The notes under the pieces were generated by a model. That model saw only the letters and a list, made by a program, of their open reading frames with translations. It searched no databases and was not told where the DNA came from. From NCBI GenBank assembly GCA_041736305.1, contig JBGSTX010000143.1, positions 1 through 13,374 on the forward strand: DNA of 13,374 nucleotides. The letters run 5' to 3'. The stretch is from Oligoflexus sp. Lineage in GTDB: Bacteria > Bdellovibrionota_B > Oligoflexia > Oligoflexales > Oligoflexaceae. Of the stretch, positions 7,587 through 13,374 are shown in pieces; positions within the stretch are counted from its first letter, which is position 1, and each line of letters begins with the position of its first letter. The position numbers and the translations under genes were made by a program.

Positions 7587-7698
7587 AACGGTTTCCTTCC
7601 TGTCACGGCGACGAATGCCTCGATGGGCTTCTTTTTGAGGGCAACCAAGGATCCATTGGGTAAATTTTAGGCGGGAAAAAAGCAAGCGTTTTATTCTC

Positions 7699-8910
7699 TT
7701 AGGACTGGCTAGCAGCAGACATTCCAGCCACTTGCAATGAGCTACGCTTCAGCCATTGCTCGGCCACTACGGCGGCTGCGGTATCAGCCAAATTTCCATG
7801 CAGCCTGGCACCAAGCACTTTAAGCGCTGTAGCCTGAGCCTCACGATGGGGACCAGGCAGGCTAAGGCTTCGAAGTTCCTCAGCGGCAGCTTCGATCGAA
7901 AAATATTGGATAAACTCCGGTACTAGAGCAGAGCCTGCGACCAAATTTACCAGGCTAATGTGCGGCAGTTTCACAAAGCGTTTGGCCATCTGGTAGCTGA
8001 GACCGTTCATCACATACATGACAGCCATTGGCGTTCCCACTAACGCACATTCAAGCGTTGCCGTGCCAGAGGTTACAAGGGCAGCATCGCAACTTTTCAT
8101 CAGATGAATACTCTGTCCCTGGACGAGACTGGTATGCCCAAGATCCCAAACTTTAAGACCGCTCTCCACGGTGATAGGCGCAGGCAGCGCGTGCCCCAGC
8201 AGACCCTCGAAGAGTTCGGGGGTCAAATGAGGAGCCATAGAAATCGCATAGCGCAGCGAGGGTTCGCGCTTCTCAAGCTCGCTGCGAATAGCGAGCATCT
8301 TCGGGAGAAGGCGTCCAACTTCGCCGGGCCGGCTGCCTGGAAAAAAGCCGAGTGTGGGACTCTCGCTGAGACCGAGACGCGCGCGCACCCGCTCGGCCTG
8401 GCTAGCTCTATCGACCTGAGGACTGCCCACGTAGCGATAATTCACGCCACGCTCCCGAAAAAATTCGGCTTCGAAGGGCATGATGCCGAGCACTTCGTCG
8501 GTCACCGCCTTGAGTCTATGGGTTCGCTTTTCGCCCCACGCCCACAGTTGCGGAGCGACATACTGGAAAACATAAATCCCGCGCGAGCGCAATGATTCGG
8601 CCAAGCGCAGATGAAATCCAGGGTAATCGACCAGCACGGCGATCTGTGGGCGGCGGCGATCGATCGCTTCGAGCAGACTGAACTCAAGGCGTTTGATATA
8701 GGGCAGATGCTTGAGAACCTCGACGAAACCCATAACAGACAGCTCTTCAATACCGGCTAGAGCTTCAGCACCGGCAGCTCGCATGAGGGGGCCACAGATT
8801 CCAAACACTTCGCACGAGGGGAGGCGCGGCTGGAGAGCGGTAAGAAATTCAGCGGCCAAGAGATCACCTGAAGGCTCACCGGCTGAAATGAAGAGTCGTA
8901 GCTTTTCCAT
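7699..8910 (-). CDS. lpxB: Lipid-A-disaccharide synthase
   Basis: ISAGEPSGDLLAA, LSVMGFVEV, VDYPGFHLRLA, YVAPQLWAW, PFE, PGSRxxEV, SGTATLECAL, SLVNL and VPEFIQ: the full LpxB motif set, 403 aa. Confidence 0.96.
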   Translation of the reverse strand: MEKLRLFISAGEPSGDLLAAEFLTALQPRLPSCEVFGICGPLMRAAGAEALAGIEELSVMGFVEVLKHLPYIKRLEFSLLEAIDRRRPQIAVLVDYPGFHLRLAESLRSRGIYVFQYVAPQLWAWGEKRTHRLKAVTDEVLGIMPFEAEFFRERGVNYRYVGSPQVDRASQAERVRARLGLSESPTLGFFPGSRPGEVGRLLPKMLAIRSELEKREPSLRYAISMAPHLTPELFEGLLGHALPAPITVESGLKVWDLGHTSLVQGQSIHLMKSCDAALVTSGTATLECALVGTPMAVMYVMNGLSYQMAKRFVKLPHISLVNLVAGSALVPEFIQYFSIEAAAEELRSLSLPGPHREAQATALKVLGARLHGNLADTAAAVVAEQWLKRSSLQVAGMSAASQS

Positions 8911-8916
8911 CTCGAT

Positions 8917-9837
8917 CTAAGCCTCTTGTTTTTGCGCGCGTAGCTGCGCTTCTTCAACCAGAGCCACGGACTCGATCAACTGCTCACCTGTCGCGAGCTG
9001 GTGCTCCTGTCCGCTGATATAAAAGTAGAGCTGTTCGAGCTGGATTTTCAAAGTCTCGAGCTTGGGCACTGGAATTTTCGTCAGCGTTCCATCCTTGTCG
9101 ACGAGTTCGAGAGTTTGGCCTATATAGTCGACGAGGGCCTGACCTTCGCTGCCGATGACCCGTATGGATCGACGTCGTTGCGGTGAAAACCAGTCGACCT
9201 GCACAGTTCCTGTGACGCCTTTCTCGCTCTCGAGGCTCACCTGCGCGCAATCCCATATTCCTGCTTGCCGAACGGCGTGGGCTTGTGCAAAGCGAATTCT
9301 CAGAGGTCCCAGCAGCATCCGAAATACATCCAACTCATGCACGGCCAGATCGAGAAAAACGTTGTTACCCGGCTTGACGTTGGCGGGATAGCCGCCCGAG
9401 CGCGTACCTTCAAGATGCAGTAAACGGCCTAAGCGACCTTCGTTGACGAGGCTGCGCAAGGCCCCCACCACTGGATTGCAGCGTTCTATATTGCCGACGG
9501 CGAGACAAACTCCCTGGGCCTTCGCCAGCTCGACTAACTCTCTCGCCTCGGCACTATGCGCCGCGGCCGGCTTTTCGACGAGGACATGAACCTGCATTTT
9601 GATCGCTTGTTTGACTAGCTGGCCATGCAACTCGGTAGGCGCGGCTATCACGGCCAGCCGAAAATTTATGGACGTGGGAACCTCACGGAAGAGAGGAATG
9701 CGCGAGCCTTCGGGTAGGGCTGCTAAGACTGGATCAACGACGCCTTTTAGATCAAAGCGAGGATCTTCTTGCAGAACCCGAAAGTGGTGCTTTCCCATGT
9801 GCCCCATTCCAACCAGTATCGTCTCGATTCTCTGCAT
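8917..9837 (-). CDS. Gfo/Idh/MocA-family NAD-dependent oxidoreductase, probable UDP-GlcNAc 3-dehydrogenase (GnnA-like)
   Basis: Rossmann VGMGHMG, HVLVEKP, VGNIERCNP and DLAVHELD. It ends 6 nt upstream of lpxB, with GAGGG SD before the ATG. Family assignment is strong; the GnnA role is inferred from context. Confidence 0.85.
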   Translation of the reverse strand: MQRIETILVGMGHMGKHHFRVLQEDPRFDLKGVVDPVLAALPEGSRIPLFREVPTSINFRLAVIAAPTELHGQLVKQAIKMQVHVLVEKPAAAHSAEARELVELAKAQGVCLAVGNIERCNPVVGALRSLVNEGRLGRLLHLEGTRSGGYPANVKPGNNVFLDLAVHELDVFRMLLGPLRIRFAQAHAVRQAGIWDCAQVSLESEKGVTGTVQVDWFSPQRRRSIRVIGSEGQALVDYIGQTLELVDKDGTLTKIPVPKLETLKIQLEQLYFYISGQEHQLATGEQLIESVALVEEAQLRAQKQEA

Positions 9838-10080
9838 AAGACCCTCATGATCGCTGATGCCGGCTAAGATATCTGATTTACAGGACTAAGAAAAGATTCG
9901 AATCGAGCCCAGGCTGGATAGGACGGCTGCATACTTTTCTGGATGTCTTGAGGCTCATGCCCTTCAGGAAAGTTTTTGAATATGATTTTTTAGGATTTAA
10001 TAGCAGTTTGCGATGGACTTCCTGGAACGAATTGCTACATTCACGCCGCGCACAAAAGTCGTCAAAGTGAAGGTTCCACC

Positions 10081-11289
10081 ATGAAACATCGTTCTGTCTA
10101 TACATCCCTTTTCCTAGCCCTGAACCCACTACTGGTACAAGCTTGCGGCGAATCATCTCCTCTCGAACTTAAAGAAGCATGGAACGGGGCCAACGCGCCT
10201 AGCCTCTTCGATACCAAGACTGCAGATCATGTCTCGGATTATGTCTACGACTGGAAGCAGCTGCCTTTGACCGGCGAACTAAAGAATCGTCCTTGGAGTG
10301 ACGATTACTGGCCGACCTATCGAGGAGGAATCAGCTACCGTTGGAATGATCGCGCGGAAAAAACTGATCAAGACCGCTACGCATACGAGCTCAAGCCAGC
10401 CTCGAGTCTAGAATTTAAAGATATGCTGACACTATCTCCCGCCGAGAAGCTCGATCTCTTTCTTGGCGACGACAGCTACTCAATCACCAACGCCGAGCGT
10501 GAGCGGACTCAGATCATGAGCACAGTGCCCGGCAGCCCCAGCTATGATAAAGACTTCAGTATTCCCACCTGGGAAGGCCTTTGCCATGCCTGGGCTCCGG
10601 CATCTTTTCTCTTTAAAGAACCGCGTTCGGTGACCTTGACCAACGATCAAGGGCGCCAGGTTCCGTTCGGTGCATCCGATGTGAAGGCGCTTCTAAGCTA
10701 CTTTATGGACGAAGCCGGCACCCCTGGTCCCTTTCTTGGTCAACGCTGCAATGATAAGTTTTCCGATGCTATGACCCAGATGTGGGAAGGCAAGATTACG
10801 GAAGCCGAATTCTTGACCATCAAAGAAAGCTCTTCCTGTCGAGACACCAATGCTGGTGCTTTTCACCTCGTTTTGAGCAATCAACTCGCTCGACTCGACA
10901 AAGGTTTTATCGCCGATGTGACGCGTGACGCAGAAGTATGGAATCAACCCGTTTACCGCTTCAGCAGCCAAGTAGTGAGCGAGAGTCAGGAAGCTACTCT
11001 GGGAGCTGCCGTTGGCACCGTGCGGGAAATCACTCTTGCAACGACCATGTATTACGGAGGCGAGGCGTTACCTCATTGGGACGTAAGCGAAGGTACTTTT
11101 ATAGAAGGAAGCAAGACTTACAGCTATCGCGTCGAACTCAACGCCAAAGACGAAGTGATCGGCGGCGCGTGGCTTGAGGATGAGCGTCCGGATTTCCTCT
11201 GGATAGTCGATAAATACGACCATGTAGACTCTCCTATCGATAATGCTATTCGGAAAATTTATGCAGCTTCTATAAGTGCTTCACCCTAA
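10081..11289 (+). CDS. Predicted lipoprotein, GP42/transglutaminase-elicitor family
   Basis: Signal with lipobox-like LVQA-C22. Family motifs: PWSDDYWPTYRGGI, LSPAEKLD, IPTWEGLCHAWAPAS, DVKALL, DTNAGAFHL, EVWNQPV, YSYRVEL..IGGAW, RPDFLW. Confidence 0.85.
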   Translation: MKHRSVYTSLFLALNPLLVQACGESSPLELKEAWNGANAPSLFDTKTADHVSDYVYDWKQLPLTGELKNRPWSDDYWPTYRGGISYRWNDRAEKTDQDRYAYELKPASSLEFKDMLTLSPAEKLDLFLGDDSYSITNAERERTQIMSTVPGSPSYDKDFSIPTWEGLCHAWAPASFLFKEPRSVTLTNDQGRQVPFGASDVKALLSYFMDEAGTPGPFLGQRCNDKFSDAMTQMWEGKITEAEFLTIKESSSCRDTNAGAFHLVLSNQLARLDKGFIADVTRDAEVWNQPVYRFSSQVVSESQEATLGAAVGTVREITLATTMYYGGEALPHWDVSEGTFIEGSKTYSYRVELNAKDEVIGGAWLEDERPDFLWIVDKYDHVDSPIDNAIRKIYAASISASP

Positions 11290-11305
11290 GCCTTAGGCTT
11301 TTTTT
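11288..11305 (+). terminator. Possible weak intrinsic terminator between the two lipoprotein genes
   Basis: AAGCC-TTA-GGCTT overlaps the stop codon and runs into a 7-T tract (11299-11305). The stem is short. Confidence 0.35.
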
Positions 11306-11320
11306 AGAAAGAACTCCTGT

Positions 11321-13255
11321 ATGCGCAAGTTTGGTCCCTTTCTTATGGCACTTATAGTCTTTTTTACCCTTCTTGCCTGCAGCGAGCAGCCTAACAAAAG
11401 CCAGCTGAAGATCATCGACGAGTCGTTCGTCGATCTTGATCTTCTGGCTGGAGGCTCTTTAAGCTTTGAAGAATTTGAGTATCAGGAAGAGGCTTACACC
11501 GATCCTGAAATATCACCGCTGCTCACAGGGGACGGAACACTGCCTATTGATATCCGGGGCCGCTTGTTTCTACCTCAGACCCTTCAGGCCGCACCTCTCA
11601 TCGTTTTTCTCCATGGCAATCATTCGACTTGTGGTCGCAAGATAGGCAGTCCTGCCGATCCCCGTCTCGATTACGAAGACGAGCTGACGTTCACCGGTCA
11701 GTGTCCAGCAGGAGCCATCGAAGCACCCAGCTACCGCGGCTACGATGAGGCAGCTCGACACCTGGCAAGCCACGGTTTCGCGGTAATTTCTATAAATGCG
11801 AATCGCGGGATAAACGGCAACGTTGGTCGCGGCGGTCGCGATGATTATCTCGTTTATGTACGAGGACTGCTGGTCTTGAAGCATCTCGAGGCACTGCAGC
11901 GCTGGTCGAGCTTTGCACAAGTGCCGAGCGTGACCTCTCCTCTCGATCTGCGCGGTAGACTCGACTGGAGCGAAGTCGGTCTCATGGGACACTCCCGTGG
12001 TGGCGAAGGAATGCGCTTTGCCTACGATATTCTGAACGCGTCGAGCGAGAGTGCGACCTGGAAGGCACGCCTGCCTGATCTGAAGATCCAGAGCATATTC
12101 GAGGTTGGCCCCGTGGATAGAGGCATTTTTACCGAACAACGCATTAAGAGAGTCAGTCCTCAGGGTGCTGACTGGGCCGTGTTGATCCCCGGCTGCGATG
12201 CTGACGTGAGTGATTTCGAAGGCCTGAGCCCTTACCTGAGGATGCTGAAAGAGAGCGACGGACGCAGCAAAGCAGTGTTCACCGTATGGGGTGCGAACCA
12301 TAACTTTTTCAATAGCGAGTGGCATATCTCTGATGCACCGCACAGCTGCCAGGGAGGGCAGGTTCCGCTCTGGGATACCAGCGGAGTTGAGCTCGTAGGC
12401 GGAGATCCCAATGCCCGGATTGGCTTGAAGGGATCGCCCGTTCAGCGAGATATGATGCGAGCCTTGCTTTTGAGCTTCTTTAAGGCCCACCTCGGTAAGC
12501 AGCGGTGGAGCCCGGGTGCAGCCGTCTTCGACCCCCAGTATCGACTGCCGCGGCAGCTGACTCAGCTCGCCCCTACGCAGCGTGAATTCGTGCGAACAGG
12601 CGCCAGCCAGCTGGTCTTCCGCGGCGGTCAAACTCCCACTGGAACACCGGAGCCATCTTCTATAGTACCTGAGGATCTGCTCGCGTTTCTGGCCAAGATT
12701 GCAGCGCGTTTGGCTAAGGAAAAAATAGGGGCCGACGAGCGTGGCTTTGAAATTATCGTGCCGCACTTTCACGAAGGCGATATTCTAAGGCCTTCTTGGG
12801 TTTTTTATGTTCCCGAAGGCTCGAAGGCAAGTTCGGCTTACCTCCCTTTCGGCCCTCAGCTCGCTGCTAAAGATTATTGGACGCTGGATCTGACGGCAGC
12901 TATGAGCGCCACCTGTCCCGATCGTGCCTGCCAAATTCAAGAAAAGCCCATCTCCGTATCTTTGGTTTATAGCGATGGGAGCACGAGCGCAGCGCTGCCT
13001 CTCTCGCAGTACGCTGAACTGCAGCCTCTAAAGGCTCCACTGCTCAACGAAAAAAACGAGTTTAGCGATGCCACAGGCGAAGAGCTGCATATAAACTTTC
13101 TAAGCGCAACGCCACTGTTTCAGACCATTCGCATTGAGCTTAAAGACTTTGCCGAGTCGCGACCTCTTCCGATCGCTGGCCTTCGGCTCGCCATTCCAGC
13201 TGGCAGTGACAGCGCTCTTATCGTAGAAAGCGTAAGACTCAGCCAAAGACCCTAA
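11321..13255 (+). CDS. Predicted lipoprotein alpha/beta-fold serine hydrolase with a C-terminal extra domain
   Basis: Lipobox LLA-C20, PLIVFLHGNH, HLASHGFAVISI, nucleophile elbow GLMGHSRGGEG, candidate acid in GCDADV, and catalytic His candidate GANHNFFN. About 210 C-terminal residues are unassigned. Confidence 0.85.
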   Translation: MRKFGPFLMALIVFFTLLACSEQPNKSQLKIIDESFVDLDLLAGGSLSFEEFEYQEEAYTDPEISPLLTGDGTLPIDIRGRLFLPQTLQAAPLIVFLHGNHSTCGRKIGSPADPRLDYEDELTFTGQCPAGAIEAPSYRGYDEAARHLASHGFAVISINANRGINGNVGRGGRDDYLVYVRGLLVLKHLEALQRWSSFAQVPSVTSPLDLRGRLDWSEVGLMGHSRGGEGMRFAYDILNASSESATWKARLPDLKIQSIFEVGPVDRGIFTEQRIKRVSPQGADWAVLIPGCDADVSDFEGLSPYLRMLKESDGRSKAVFTVWGANHNFFNSEWHISDAPHSCQGGQVPLWDTSGVELVGGDPNARIGLKGSPVQRDMMRALLLSFFKAHLGKQRWSPGAAVFDPQYRLPRQLTQLAPTQREFVRTGASQLVFRGGQTPTGTPEPSSIVPEDLLAFLAKIAARLAKEKIGADERGFEIIVPHFHEGDILRPSWVFYVPEGSKASSAYLPFGPQLAAKDYWTLDLTAAMSATCPDRACQIQEKPISVSLVYSDGSTSAALPLSQYAELQPLKAPLLNEKNEFSDATGEELHINFLSATPLFQTIRIELKDFAESRPLPIAGLRLAIPAGSDSALIVESVRLSQRP

Positions 13256-13274
13256 ATCTCTAGACCGAGGGCAA

Positions 13275-13335
13275 GTGATTTCAGTTGTTTCATCAAGCCG
13301 CAACTTTTGATGTAATCACCTGGCCCGCAGGCCAG
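13275..13335. other. Stem-loop cluster downstream of the hydrolase
   Basis: GTGATT/AATCAC (13275-80/13314-19) encloses CATCAA/TTGATG (13291-96/13307-12) and is immediately followed by CTGGCC-CGCA-GGCCAG (13320-35). No U-tract on either strand. Confidence 0.3.
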
Positions 13336-13374
13336 ACTCTAATTAAGCAATCCCTGTATCTATATTCAGTTTCG

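Noticed and set aside
7587..7685. N-terminal extension of the binding protein in the ORF track
   Set aside because: A better SD and signal peptide start at TTG 7586.
10023..10036. sigma54-like TGGAAC...TTGCT before the transglutaminase gene
   Set aside because: GG to GC spacing is 8 nt rather than the obligatory 10.
11570..12772. 400-aa antisense ORF
   Set aside because: It lies wholly opposite the motif-bearing hydrolase and has no recognisable motifs; most likely a shadow ORF.
13275..13319. Hammerhead-like words on the minus strand (UUGAUGA...GAAA with GUGAU/AUCAC as stem III)
   Set aside because: The core is not CUGAUGA, stem II would have only 7 unstructured nt, and stem I cannot form.
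1..13374. CRISPR array, transposase, integrase, reverse transcriptase/retron or defence system
   Set aside because: I saw no regularly spaced direct repeats and no such protein motifs; all long ORFs are otherwise explained.

Overview
About 13.4 kb of intact, densely coding, mid-GC bacterial chromosome. Gene content suggests Bdellovibrionota/Oligoflexia, but this is inference only. Left to right: (1) the probable start of a gene leaving the window on the minus strand; (2) an SRPBCC/Coq10-like START-domain protein; (3) a convergent, strongly diverged SelO/YdiU-like pseudokinase preceded by a sigma28(FliA)-like promoter; (4) a stand-alone receiver-domain protein followed by a bidirectional terminator; (5) a ~210-nt intergenic region with dense, alternative base-pairing (candidate ncRNA); (6) a five-gene minus-strand run of a Gfo/Idh/MocA dehydrogenase (GnnA-like), lpxB, and an AfuA/FbpA-class ABC importer (binding protein, ATPase, fused permease); (7) two divergently transcribed predicted lipoproteins, a GP42/Pep-13-type transglutaminase and a large alpha/beta hydrolase. 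I saw no mobile element, CRISPR array, tRNA or rRNA. The best leads are the SelO variant with its ATP-binding Lys replaced by Cys inside a four-Cys cluster, the structured RNA candidate at 3227-3392, and the bacterial GP42-like transglutaminase lipoprotein.
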